Positions 50,054 through 64,000 of a stretch of DNA of 64,000 bases are shown in pieces. A program made the position numbers and the translations under genes. The notes below the pieces were generated by a model. The model was given only the letters and a program-made list of their open reading frames with translations. It was not told where the DNA came from and ran no database searches. Every line of letters starts with the position of its first letter. Position 1 is the stretch's first letter. This stretch comes from Eledone cirrhosa (taxonomy: Eukaryota). The stretch is taken from NCBI GenBank assembly GCA_964016885.1, contig OZ024744.1, forward strand, positions 57,040,001 to 57,104,000. Direction: 5' to 3'.

Positions 50054-52656
50054 TTGTCATTTGTAATAAATGTAAGATATATGGTCATGAATGCACTCAG
50101 TGAATGTTGGGCTTGATATCAGCTGAATAAGAATGAATTGAGTGCCGGAAAACTCTTTCGCTGAAATTTTTACAAGGGTGGGTCATTTATTGTCCTCAGC
50201 ACACTTTTTTCTTTCCTTTTTTTTTTTTTTTTTTATTGGTGGAAGAGCGAGTAGACATGGTCACCACTAAATCAGTGCAGTGCTGGTTTGAACTAGAAAT
50301 ATTGAGTTGTGGTTGTTATTAAGTTTACAGAGTTTGTTAATTGAAATGAAACAGTTAATATAGGATTGGAGAGAAATCTACGATTTAACTTAGCATGTGA
50401 TAACCTCTCTAGTGCTGGTGCCACAATAAAATGCATCCTGTCCACTTTATAATGTGGTAGTGCTGATGCTATAGCAGTCATCCATGCTCGTTGACCAGGG
50501 GAATGGCACAGACTGATACAGCTTAATACCAGTGTCATTACAGCTCATTTTTTTTTCCAGCTAAGAGTGGAAATTGAACATATGATTGTGAACTCCCTAA
50601 ACACCAAGCCATATGCCTTCACTGTGGTATAGTCATTAAGATTAAATGCAGATAGGAAAAAACAGCTTATATGATGAATTGATTGACAAGATGTTTAATG
50701 TCAATGTTAAACATCAATTTAAAAGAGAAACAGGCTTACTTGGCAATTGCTAAATGAGTGATCCTATCACACTACTAGTTGATTTGTTGATCTCTTCAGA
50801 TCCCCTGAGACTGATGGGAGAAAGTTCACCTTAGTCTACTGTCAAAAGTATTCAAGATAGGTCTCCAGTCTGGCTGCTAAAGGTTAAGCTACCTCTCAGG
50901 AACAGGAATGTTCCTTCCCTCAAAGGGGCTTCTGTTCCAACAGTTTCCATCTATCAAATTCCACTTGCCTGCAAAGTATTTTGTAGTCAAGGCTATGGTA
51001 GAAGGCACTTGCTCAAGGTTCCATGCAGTTGGATTGAATCTGAGGCCACATAGTTCTGAAGTGAATCTCTTACCTAACAACTACATAACCATTGCTTTGT
51101 GGAACCCGTTTATTCCCTCTAGGTAGATTTGGAAAGTTTTTTGGTAACAATCTTTATATAATAATCAGATAGTTATATGAATATATTAAGTGTTTTGTAT
51201 ATTCTGTGGTTTTTCTCTTGTTAAAACAACAAAAACAGAATGTTTTATCTTTGATATTTGGAATATGAAATGAACAAAAAAAAAACATGCACGCACGCAC
51301 ACACACACACACACACACACACTAGCATGCACTCATATAATTTACACACCCACACACTAGCATGCACTCATATAATTTACACACACCACACACCACACAC
51401 ACACACATATCCGTCCAAACCATGTCAGCATGTACAAATGGATGTTTTAGAATCAATAATGAAATATTTCTGTTTTAAATTAAAAAAAAAAATGTGAATA
51501 ACTACCAGTCATTATTCCATTAAAATTACAAAAAGAAACAACAAACTTTGTCATGTATTGTTGTCACATAATTTTAAAAGAAATCATCATTTAACGTCTG
51601 TTTTGCATGCCAGTAAATCAATAAAATAAAGTAAATAAACTAAAAATCTCTCTAAGCAGTTTAAAGTTAAATGTTTAAAAGTATGTGTGCAATTAATTTA
51701 ACACATACAATATATTGTAAGATATAAACTATATATATATAATATAATATATATATATATTTATATATTAAATATATATAATATAATATAATATATATAT
51801 ATTATATATATATGTATTGTGTGTATGTATATATATATTTATAATGATAATAATAATCTGGCTTAGTTTGTTTCTTGAGATGAATTTACATATGATGAAA
51901 GACAGTTTTCATTTTCATTAGCGACTATTAAAAAACAACAGAAATAAAGAAAAAGAAAGTAAATAAAAATAACTTGTTTCTTCTAACGGTCTTATTGTTA
52001 TGGCAATATTCTATCACATGGTTCAATATTTAATTTAATAAAAACAATTTTAAAAAAATTACTGTTGTAACTTTTGACATGAAATAACTTACTGGTTTGT
52101 AAAGAATTAATGCATCATACATACCCCCCCCCCCCCACACACACTCACTTGCACTCACACACTCAGAGAGATGCATGTTTGTCCTGACTAGCTAAAACTA
52201 TGCAGAAGTAATTTTCAAAACACAATATCACCTTCACCTATTTCTATCGTAATTATTTCGAATATCTTAAAGGTGGTGGATTAGCAGGATCATCAGAGTG
52301 TTTAAAAAAAAAATGCCCCAGTTTTAAATTTTTTAAATTTTAACTCTTTAGAATCTGTGTTCAAATTCCACTTAAGTCAACTTTGCCTTTTATATTCCCT
52401 GGGTCAATAAAATAAAGTATCATTCAAGTACTGCAGTTGATATAATCTACAGCTCTCTCCAACCAGAATTGCTGGCCTTGTGCCTAAATTAGAAACCATT
52501 ATGTTGGGTATTTTTTATTTTCCTTTTTAGTTTAAATGTTCTTAACCTCTTTCATTGAAACGTTATTCTTGTAAATTCTTTTTTTTTTCTTTTTCTTTTT
52601 TTTTTTGCATTTTATATTTTTCATTTAAATTTTGATCAGTATTTTGAATTAGAAAA

Positions 52657-52719
<63 letters not shown>

Positions 52720-53134
52720 TATTTTCCTGTTCAACGTGTGTGTGTATACATACATATAAAGTATGTATGTATGTGTACAAGTTGCTATATAATATGTAGT
52801 TTAACTGCTACATATGTTTCAAGAGCTGCTTAGTAGGGTGTGTGATGTATAGTGTAACCCTAATGCTAATCATCAAGCTAGACAATAACACCACCCTTTT
52901 GTGTTTCTTATAAGCTGCCATTATTTTGTTGTCTGATGATTAATTAGCGCTTGTGTTTAATGGTTTATACCATTAGTCACCCTCCCCTCTCCTTCCATTA
53001 AACAGCTATTAAACACAGTTAGCAATTTAACCAAGTTCTGTAAAATGAATGACCTTTTCTAACTCTTCACCCAAGATTGAGCTCTCTCTACACCTCTGGA
53101 TATCCACCTAGTTACAGATATATACATGTGTATG

Positions 53135-53174
<40 letters not shown>

Positions 53175-54320
53175 GTGTGTGTGTGTGTGCATGCAATAGT
53201 TTATTTATTCAAAGTTAATAACATCCCTCCATTCTATTACATACTGAATGTGGTGGGCATGAAGTTTTATCATCACAGATATATAATCCTCCTTTCTAAG
53301 GAATTATATATCCCCAAAAAAGGATGCCAATTGAAGCTTTCCAGCCCACCAATTATATTTTTTAATTGTATGTTGATAAAAAGTTTTTTCTTCAAAATTG
53401 TACATGTCTGGCAAGTATGTTGATCAGAGATCACGTATTGAAACCAAAGCAATTAGATTATGGCATAGTCATTTTAAAAACAAAACCTGTCAACTTCCTT
53501 TTACATGTATCATGTAGAACATTGTTAATGACCAGATCACAAACAGTGCAATGAAAAACAGTTTGTGGTGTTTTTTTTTTTTAATGACTACAATGACTGT
53601 CCAGTAGTCATGGCTGGAACACTTCGATCATACGTCTACTTGATCAGGAAAATGGACGTAATACAATGATTATATATACATATATCCATTTATGGGGTTA
53701 GGAAAGGCATTCAGCTGTAAAAAAAACCTGCCTGAGACGCTTCTGTGCGAGCGATGCATGGTCTCCCGACCATTCCCACATCAAATGGAACAAAACCGTC
53801 TAACCCATGCTAACATGGAAGATAGACGTTAAACGATGATGATGATGATGATATATATTTATATAAACCATGCTTGTAGGTGCATGGCCTAGTGGTGAGG
53901 GTGTTGGGCTTACGATCATAATGTCGTGGGTTCGATTCCTGGGCTGGGTTGTGTATTGTGTTCTTGAGCAAAACACTTGATTTCATGTTGTTCCAATTTA
54001 AAATGAATATCAGCAATAGCTGAGGGTTTAACTCTGCGATAGACTGGCAAACTGTCCAGCGGGAGTCTTGTACTTTCAGTCGCATCACACCATGAAACCA
54101 GCCTAATGAGCTTTAAATGGCTTAAGACAGACTTTAGATTTAGACTTTAACTCTTGCTAGCATGGAAAAATGGATGTTAATGGTGATGTTGATGATGATA
54201 TATATATATAATCATTTGTAGCTTCTTTATGGATTTATCACCAACTTAGTATTTATATGGGATTGGGCTTTTATTCTGGGTAGTTTGTATGGTGTGTGTG
54301 TTTGATTATTTAAAAAAAAA

Positions 54321-54366
54321 ATTTAATGTTGGTACAAGATTTAAGAATCTTGTACCAACATTAAAT
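54321..54366. repeat. Perfect 21-bp hairpin with TAAG loop
   Basis: ATTTAATGTTGGTACAAGATT-TAAG-AATCTTGTACCAACATTAAAT. Confidence 0.93.
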
Positions 54367-56444
54367 ACTTGATAGTTGGATTTTCTCTTTTTTTTTTTTT
54401 CATATGCAACACATTTCCCCACCCCCACCCCTCTGCTCCCTCTGTTAGTTTTTTAGTGTAAACATTTGAGAATATGCTACATCATGTTTTTATAAGTTCT
54501 TATCAAGAATTATACCAAACAACTGAGAAATATAAGTTGACAAAACATACTTTGGAAGTTTTGGATATTCCCCTTGTTTGAGGGACCATTTATATATATA
54601 TATGTATATATAAAATGTTTCACTTTAAAATGTTTTTATTGCGTATCGAATGCTACATAAGTTTCACAGGTGATTGGTTTGAGATCCTCATCAATGTGAT
54701 AGGCCTAACTCCAACAGCAATCTTCTTGGATGTGTGGACTTGTGTGTGTGTATTTGTATGTATATATAGGTGTGTGTGTGTATGTTGCATTTACTGTTCA
54801 TGAACTGGGAAGAACATAAATCAGGGTACAACTTGGTACAAGTTTAGGTACAAAGTACAGTATATTCCTAACAATAGGACCTGCTTCATTTTGGCTAACT
54901 CACAGGCCCACACAGTTTTAAACAGAGTAAGACCTCTGTTGTGACTATATTGTATCTCTGACTTTTAATGCCAACTAAACTTTCAAGTTCTAAACTGAAA
55001 TTTGTTGACAGCTTTATGAGAGTTATATAAAATGTTATTCTGTATACAGAGAAATTAAACCAATTTGTATGTGCACACACACACACACACACACATACAC
55101 ATAGACACTTCAGTATTGAGTACGTTTTCGTGTTTACCATTTACATACATATATAAATATATGCTCATATATATATGTATACAAATCCTCTTTTCATTTG
55201 AAGCAAGTTTTAGTTGTCTCGTCTTGGTTTTATTACTCTTTCATTGATTTGTGATTGGGGTTTTCATTTTAGTTTATGAAAATTTCAATTTCCTTAATTT
55301 ATAGATATATTTTTGGCAAGGATGAAAAATTAGTTTAGTGGTTATTTGAGTGGACACTTCCCCTTTCAACTTCTCTTTTGTAACCATATTTCTATTTCAA
55401 TTAATTAATGAAGAATTATTCATTATTTCATTACTAAAATAGCAATTTAATATATGCTTATATAAAATTGCGTTGGAAGATTTATAATTTAAATAGGAAT
55501 CCTTTAAAATAGGTGGTTTTGTTTCATAGAACCAGAGTTGAGTTGGTATGAGAAAGGGTTAACCCATTTTTAAAGGGACAGAATTAATGAAAAGTATATA
55601 TTTATATTTTGTTGCTTCTATATTTCCATGTCTTAAAAATTCACAATATATTTTTAGGTGTTATATAGACAGGCACACAACCTGTATGAGAGGCGGTGAA
55701 TTGGAAGAGTTGTTAGAACATCAGATAGAATGCTTTGTGGCATTCATTCCGTCTCTCTGCTCTCTGAGGTCAACTTTGCCTTTCAACCTTTCAAGGTCGA
55801 TAAAAAGTACCAGTCTAGAACTGGGATCAATTCTTCTGCTATATCTCTTTCTCACTTCCTTTCTCTCATTCTCTTTGGAAGGAATATGCTGTGTTCAGAG
55901 CTTGAGAGGAGTCTAAAATGTCCAAGAAAAGCTGTATGTCAATATGGCACCCCTCTGACTATATCAGGAGTAACAGGTACATACATACGAAACTTGAAGT
56001 TTCAGAAAATTGGTGAAATGGCAGAGTAATTGGGGCGTCATTAAATGTCTGTGTCCAAATCTTGTCGGGGTCAACTTTGCTTTTCATCCATTCGGTATCG
56101 ATAAATATAGTACCAGTCTAGAGGCAGTAAATTGATGAGATTGCTAAAGAATGGGAGCAGATTTTGTTGTGGTATTTTATCTGATTCTGAACATTTTGAG
56201 TTCACATCCCACCTCCTCTTGCCAGGAGTTGTGATCAGCAGATACTATCAGTAATGGAAAAATCAATGGAAACATTGTCACCATGGTTTGATCTGACAAT
56301 CAGTTCCTTTTCCAGAAAGCAACTTGACTAAAGGAAAATTGAATTAAAAAATGTTTTTGTTTGGAAAGAGAGGGGAGGCATATGTATGCATCATGTTCAG
56401 TGTTGTTTGGAAAATATGTGTATATGCATCATTGTATATGTGTC

Positions 56445-56481
<37 letters not shown>

Positions 56482-59400
56482 TATTTTTGTATGCTGTTTA
56501 TATATAATTATGTATTTGTTGTACAAGAAATAGGGACTTTAACATTCTGCACCACATGAAACTACATTAGCAAAGACATTCTTTGAAAGCATAAAACAAC
56601 ATTATGGCTGCATCGCATTCGAAAGTGAACTGCTTTCTCTAATACTGCAAATATTCACAACAATCTCTTCTCTAGTAAAAAAAATACTACACACACTTTG
56701 CTAAATCATTTTAGGGTGTTATGGGCCAATTAACAAACACAGATTTTCTAGCATAATTGATTGCATTTCATGAAAAATTGAAGTATTTACATTAATATTG
56801 TAAATGTTCAAATGACCTGTCCACTAGTAAAGATATTATACACATTTGAATTAACAAATCTGTTTTTAGAATATTTTCTGCTGAATCATTACAGGTTGTT
56901 AAAAGCTAATACAGGAATAACAGGAAATCAGTTGATTATTTAGAACACATCAACTCTACCTCACTTTATTGTACACTGTTGATATGATTGCTTGCTAGCA
57001 GTGTCAGTGCAAGAAAGTAAGAACAATAACTGTTGTCATTGGAACCACTTTTAGCCATGAATAAAGTGGTCTTTGATCTTCTGCTACCTTGCATTAGTAA
57101 GTTGTTCCACAGGCAGCTTCTCCAAGAATGAAATCACTAACACCATACTTTTCCAGCTAATTCTCTGTCCTGTAAGCATATAATTTGTGGAAGCACAAGG
57201 CAGGCTCTTTAAGTAGTTTAAATTTAACCTTGTAATGTTTTAGTTGAGTCACTTGCTCCTCTTTCCACCCATTCCTTTTATTTAATTTTTTTTTAAATTA
57301 CATTTTGTTAAGTGAAAAAAATCAAACAACAAAAATAAACTTCATATTTACTGCAGTTTTTTTGAATTTTTATTTTACACATAGCCATTTTCATTTAGTT
57401 ATTCAACTGGGGGTGGGGACATTATATTTCACGTCTCATCTGTTGACTATATAAATATTGTACATAAAATATTTCCTAGTGACTTGCAAATCTTAAACTT
57501 GACTGTTTGGGTATATAATTAGATAAGAAATGGATATATAATTTGGCTGTGTAACTTTTTATTATAGCTTTATGTAACCAATTACTTCATTTAATTGCAT
57601 TACTTCTGTTTAAATAAGAATGGATTAATTAACACTTTGCAAATTTTTTTCAGAAACAATAAATATTTCGAAAAGAATAAATAGTTAGTAAGATTTTTTT
57701 TTAAAATTTAAAACAAAACAAAACAAAAAAAAAACCCCCAAAACATTTTTTGTAAATTATTTTTTATGAAATTTTTTATTTTTCAGGGAAAATAATTTTT
57801 TTTTTGTTGTAACTTTCATTTCAGATTTATTTCTATTTTTTATTTTAAATTAATTTAAACTGATTTTGTACTTGCTTATGAATGTATATTTTAAATAATT
57901 TAATTTAAAAATAAAAAATGTTTAACTCACATCTAGTATTTTACATCCTACCAAAATAAAAAAAAAAATAATAATAATAAAAAAAAACAATAAAACGACA
58001 ACCAAACAGACAGACAAACAAAAGAAAGACAGAGAAACACAGACCTCCCGATCTTAGGTGGAATTAAAAAGAAAAGCTACTCACTTTGTTTCTAACAGAT
58101 TTGGATGAATATGGAATCATTACTATATTATTATTTTTATTATTATTATTATTATCATCATCATCATTATTATTTTTATGGTTTTTGCTTTTTTTTTAAA
58201 GCTGTATCTAGCTTAGCTTTGCTGCTATATGTGGCATGCTAACTGAAAAGGATATTATTACATTAAAAAAAAAAATGAATTTGATAGCTAATAAAAGTTT
58301 TGAATATAAAAATCTATAATTTGATGTTTCAGTATTATTAAGATACATTTTATATGCAAATTTAAAAAGAAACAAAAGTTTAATATGTGTGGTTGATTGT
58401 GCTGCTGCGTCTGTTGTTCGGATATGCATGGTTACCTCCCTTTACACCAAGCAGTGAAGGAAAAGATCAAAGATAATTTAATTTTTTTTTTTGTTGTTGT
58501 TCTTTTTTCACCCTTCCCTTCAAGTTTCACATCTTTACAAAAAACATCCTTGGTTTGATTTAAAATTTCATAAATGTGATATATATGTATATGTGTGCGA
58601 ATATATGCTGTTTTATGTATCTGCAGAGCAAAATTATTTAGTAATTTATTTTTGTTTTTTATCATACTTAATTAGAATTTGATCGACTAATAATTAAGGT
58701 TGCTAATTAATTTTATGTAGGCATGACTGAGTTGTTAAGGAACTTGTTTCACACCCAGATGGTTTCGGGTTCAGTCTCACAGTGCAGCACCTTGGGCATG
58801 TGTCTTCTAATATAGGCCACAGCTCAACCAAAGCCATGTGAGTGAAATGTGGTAGACAGAAACTTTGTGGAAGCCTGTCATATATATATATATATATATG
58901 TGTTTATATGGTGTGTATCTGTATGTTTATGTCCCGTAACTTAGCTGTTGGAAAAATGAAATTGTTAAAATAAATACCAGACTTGAAAAAATACTGGATT
59001 TCTTCAAAACAGTGTCCCAGTATAGCTGAAGTTAGTCAAAGAATGAAAATCTATGATTGACCATATATCATTATGAAGGAAAATCTTGTAAGTAACTTAA
59101 TAACAGTTAGGTTTGTTACACTGGCAAATATGACTACTCTTGATACATTCTTCTACTGAAAATTCTTTCATCCTCCTGGTTACCAATAATTATATTTTAG
59201 GTTTAATTACAAACATAATTTCTTTTTTATCCTTCTTTTTATAGATATTTCATTTCAAGCTCAGTGGCAAATTGGCAGAATTGTTAGAGCATTGGATTAA
59301 ATGCTTCAACATTTGTTCTGCCTTTCTGCTGTCTGAGTTCAAATCCCACCGAGGTCAACTTGCCTTTCATCCTTTCGGTGGGGGGTTGATAAATTGAAAG

Positions 59401-61575
59401 TTCCTGTCCAGAGACAATGGACTGGTGGAATTGGATGTTTTGTGGTATCTGATCTGGTTCTATATGTTCTGAGTTCAAACCTACCTCCTTCTGCCAGGAG
59501 TTGCTATCCACAGATAGCATCCTCGATCTTATCTGAGGGTCAGCTCCTTTTCTTTTTAATACTTTCTATCACCACATTTTTATACATTTTCATAGAATGA
59601 ACTAAAACTTACAAAAAAAAAAAGAAAATGCCCACTAACTTACTAACTTTAATGAAAGTGTAATTTTTTTTCAAATTATTTTGTTTTCTGTTTCATCTTT
59701 CATTTTCATTCATTTAGTTAAATCTATTTTTAATCATTGTTTAATTTTACATTTCAATTAACAGTTACATATGTTGAGCAATAAACTCATCTCCATTCAA
59801 TCAATTACTTTCTCACATATAAATATTTAGACTCAAAAGAATTTATTTTTTGACTTTTTGTTTTTTTTTTGTTTTTTTTAAATATTTGAATGCTTAGTTT
59901 CATCTATTTTCAATTTCATGCAGGAAGACAATCCACACATGACCAGTCACACCACCAATACTGTTCTTATTTGCTCGTCTAAATTTTTTTTTCTTTTACA
60001 CAACTGATTTCATTTAATTTCCTCTAAAATTACTTAGCTAATAAATTTAAAGCCTGAACATTTCTGTAAGCAGGCTGATTAGTAAATTACTTTGATGTAA
60101 GATTTGTGAGTTAATAGGATATCACAAATAAGGCCATTTTTGCCAAAGTAGATATTGACCTTACTGGGCCTCATGACAGGTGTGAGATATTCATCACAGG
60201 GATCCTTTGTAAGGTAATATTTTATGTTCAGATACCCTTGCTATCACTAACCCTTACAGTCATGTGCAAGGATTCAGTGTACTTATTCTAAACTAAATAC
60301 ACACATGCACAAGTGTTTTAAGGCCATCATATTCACTATGGCATTATTTTTAAGGTAAAAGTTTATATCTAGATGTCCTTACTACAACCAACCCTTTTAG
60401 TCACCACATGACATATGAAGGGATATAATGTACCTATTCTAAACTGGATACACATAGCATTTTAAGACCATTTTCCCTGATATAATAAGGGTTGGATATT
60501 TTAACAGTTTTGCTACCAAACCACCTGAAACAGACCCTGGCTCCACTTTACAAAACTATTTGTTTTTAAAGTTTATATTTAACCAAAACCCATCATAATT
60601 CTATTTAAGAACCATCATTAAGTTATGTTCCAAACAGCAGATTAATAATGAGAAAGTTAATAATGAAATCCACCAAATTCCTGATTATCTGAAAAATATA
60701 GGCAGTGTATTTTAGAAATATAGTTTCAAAAGGGTTAAAGTAATGTTATATGGCAGGATAGCTAACCTACCATCAACTCTTCTAGTTGCTTCTCAAGACA
60801 TATGCAGGGATACAGTGTACCTATTCTAATCTGAATATACAAGGATCAATAGATATAACAAAATATATCAGCATATTAACATATGGTGGGATACCTTAAT
60901 GTAATGCATTTTAAAATAACAATTAATACTGACTTAAAATCTACCAGTTATTAATTTTGTAATAGTACTAATTGCAGTTTTAACTGAATATAAATATTAA
61001 TGACAAAGTACATATTTTGGGAGAAAATACACTTGATTGAACTCATTGCCTGATTTCTATCTTTAGAAAGACAAAAGGCTGTTGGCAGGATTTGAAGCAA
61101 CAAACATGATACTGAATAATGTATATAGAAATATAGTGGTGGACTATAGATATACTATATAGACTGGTGCTTCTATCATTCTCATCAAGCTTTCAGTAGT
61201 AGGACTGCTTTGCTCAGGGTTACTACCACTTGCTGATAGTTTTGTTTAATATTAAAATTAATTCTTTATGTCCTGTACTGCTTGAAACCATATAAGCATA
61301 ATATTTTTGAAAAGTATAAAACAAACTGGGGGTTGCTAACAACCCATACTTTTGATAATGTGTAAGATTAGAGAGAATCTTACAGTTTTCAATTTTAAAA
61401 GTATAAATTATTAATATTATTAACTCTTAACATCCTGTAATAATTTAGTGTAATATATTTTAAAACAGGTCAGTTATTTCAAATTTTTATAGTAACTTTA
61501 CTAGAAGACAGATTGTGAAATTTTACAGTATTAGACTAATGACTAATATTTAATATGATGCAGTCATGAAAAAAA

Positions 61576-63938
61576 TTAACCTTTTTAGCATTTAAACCAG
61601 CCATATCCGGCCAGAATTCTCTCACCTCTTTCTGTTCAAACTGGCAGTAACTGGCTGCTTGTACTGACATTAAGGTATTGTTCTCAGAATAAATAACATC
61701 AAAATCTCATAGATTTGATATTATATGAGGTAGAGCCATTACTGTGAAAATATAATAGTAAATATAGAGTAATACAAATGCTAAAGGGTTAAGTTATCAC
61801 TGTCAGTAAGTTACCAAATTTGTACTGATAGCCAGTGAATGTTTGCCAATTATCCAATTGATTAAGTAAGGCTGATATGAACTTTCTTTTCCTAACAACA
61901 GTTAGATTACACCAAACCTTAATGTCCTCTACCAAATAAAACACATTAGGATGACATGCTTAAAAAGTATTATACAACACTATGACTTCACCACATTAAA
62001 ACTTAATCTTTACTCTAATACTGCAAATTTTCATAATTTGTACAATAGTAATGACACTACAAACATTTGAATAGACAAACCTTTTTTCTAAATATTTTCT
62101 GTGAAATCATTACAGGATGTTAAAAGTTAAAAATTAAAATCTTTACTGTAATACTGCAAATTTTCACTATGATCTATCCATTAGTAAAGATACTATAATC
62201 GTTTGAATTAACAAACAAACTTGTTCTTAAATATTTTCTGCTAATCATTACAGGATATTAAAAGTTATCAGACAATTTTTCTTATTAGTTCCTTTGTTGT
62301 GTTATTGTTTTTATTTTTTAATTATATAATTATATAAAAGTTTTATTTATTAATTAGAACATTCCATTTCTAATTTATTCCACAGCTGTTTTTCAATGAG
62401 GCTTTACAAAATTCTTGAACATTTTTTTATATCTACATTAGAAATATTATCTATCTTACAAGTAAAAAAAAATCCAAGAAAAAAAAGCATTGTTATAATC
62501 TCTTCAATTATTTTCTATATGTACCAAGAATTTCTTTTTTTTTTTTGAGATTTAATAAAGATCATGATGCCCAAGGAAAATTTAAAAATAAAAAAAAAAA
62601 GAAGAACCCCCCCCCCCCCAAAATAGCAAACAAGAAAAACTCCAAACCTGGTTTTACACTAACTAGATAATAACACTAACATGTAAACCCCTTGTGTTGT
62701 TGGAGCATTGCAGGGCTAATATATATATATATATATAGGATACAAGATACTGGGATATATTAACCCATTGGTTTGTTTGGACTTTGCTGGGAAAATACAG
62801 TGTGTCTGTGTGTATATATATATATGGCTGAAAAATGTTGGGATTTGTAAATTCATTGGGATTTTTTGGACTGATCTTTATATATATATGAGAAGTGGGT
62901 GTAATTTACAATATTTTATCCTGCGGTAGCTATTGACAGTTAACCCTTTAGTATTTAAACCAGCCATATCTGGCCAGAATTCTCTCACCCCATTCTGTTC
63001 AAACTGGCTGCAACTGGCCACTCATACTGATGTTAAGGTATTGTTCTCAAAATAAATATTGTCAAAATCTCATAGATTCCATATTATGTGAGATAATTCT
63101 GTGAGGTAAAGCCTTTACCATGAAAATATAATAGCAAATACAGGATAATGTAAATGCCAAAGGATTAGGTAGACAGGGACTAGTCCAGTTGAGAGTAAAG
63201 TAAAACTTGAACATGAACTGCTAGCTTTAGTAGACTTGCACCAGTTTCAGCCAGTGGTAACTTCTTAGAACTATTATGGGTTGAGTGGGAAGACGCTGCA
63301 ATCTTCATGAATATTTTACAACTTTACATGGAAAAACTGATTAAATAGTAAATGCTTACAATAGTGACTACTATTCACACTGTAAATTGAGATATATGTT
63401 TGAATTCTTATTGAAACTAAAATATCTCTTTGATAAGGCTCAAAGCTGTCCTTTTTTTTGTTTTATTGAGAGTAGAGGGTGGTAATGTTTATGGTGTTCC
63501 TCACAGATATTAGCAAAATAAGTGGAATAACTTCAACATGGAATTGAAGCTGATTTTTGTCTTTGAATGAGTGGGAGCTTTATCACTTAATTCAGTATGA
63601 TATGAGTCAATGAGAAAGCCACTGTGTGGCGGTTGGACCTGCTAAAAACAGCTAAACTCCTTTCAAACCATATAACCACATTAAAAAAAAAAAAAAAAAA
63701 AAAAAAAGATACATTAGATACATTGTCTGATAATAAGATGGTGGACATGACTAGAACACTGATCAAAGCTAACCAAGGTTTAACCCTTTAGCATTTAAAC
63801 TGGCTGCTCATACTTATGTTAAGGTATTATTCTAAAAATAAATACCAAAATCTCATAGATTCTATATTATGTGAAATAAAGTGTTTATCATGAAAATACA
63901 ATAGTAAATATAGAGTAATGTAAATGCTAAAGTGTTAA
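61576..63938. mobile_element. Cluster of three piggyBac-type MITE family 1 copies
   Basis: 61576-61792, 62940-63168 and 63780-63938 (last one internally deleted); all in the same orientation. Confidence 0.85.
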
Positions 63939-64000
63939 ATATCTGAGTTTATTTCTAGAGATTATTAATTATTTTGATACCAAACTATCTGAAAGTGCCC

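Noticed and set aside
59924-60017. Possible + strand exon after ttcatgcag
   Set aside because: Far beyond the B56 stop, with no recognisable peptide or donor.

Overview
AT-rich, repeat-dense animal genomic DNA. The TA/CA microsatellites, SINE types and LINE mix resemble an octopod cephalopod; that is an inference and was not checked. The one clear host gene is the 3' half of a + strand PP2A regulatory subunit B56 (PPP2R5C/D-like). Nine GT-AG exons (6793-44353) splice in frame from [20 protein letters not shown] to the RRKSELP...AN* tail. The 5' exons lie upstream of the window, and there are candidate alternative terminal exons at 29097 and 29871. The introns hold a disrupted RTE LINE, one near full-length and several truncated CR1 LINEs, an internally deleted mariner with 103-bp TIRs, a decayed rosa/maT-like Tc1/mariner, an R4-like fragment, TA- and TTAA-flanked MITEs, several SINE families and long microsatellites. 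Most long ORFs in the track are microsatellite or antisense-to-LINE artefacts. I see no clear-cut new multi-gene system. The best leads are: a probable CR1-mediated transduction into the RTE active-site motif; a foldback that captured neighbouring DNA; inverted young CR1 copies flanking B56 exons (possible circRNA or dsRNA); an alternative exon that would remove the PKA-site tail; a PHD finger inside an RTE reverse transcriptase; and several near-perfect hairpins downstream of the stop codon.
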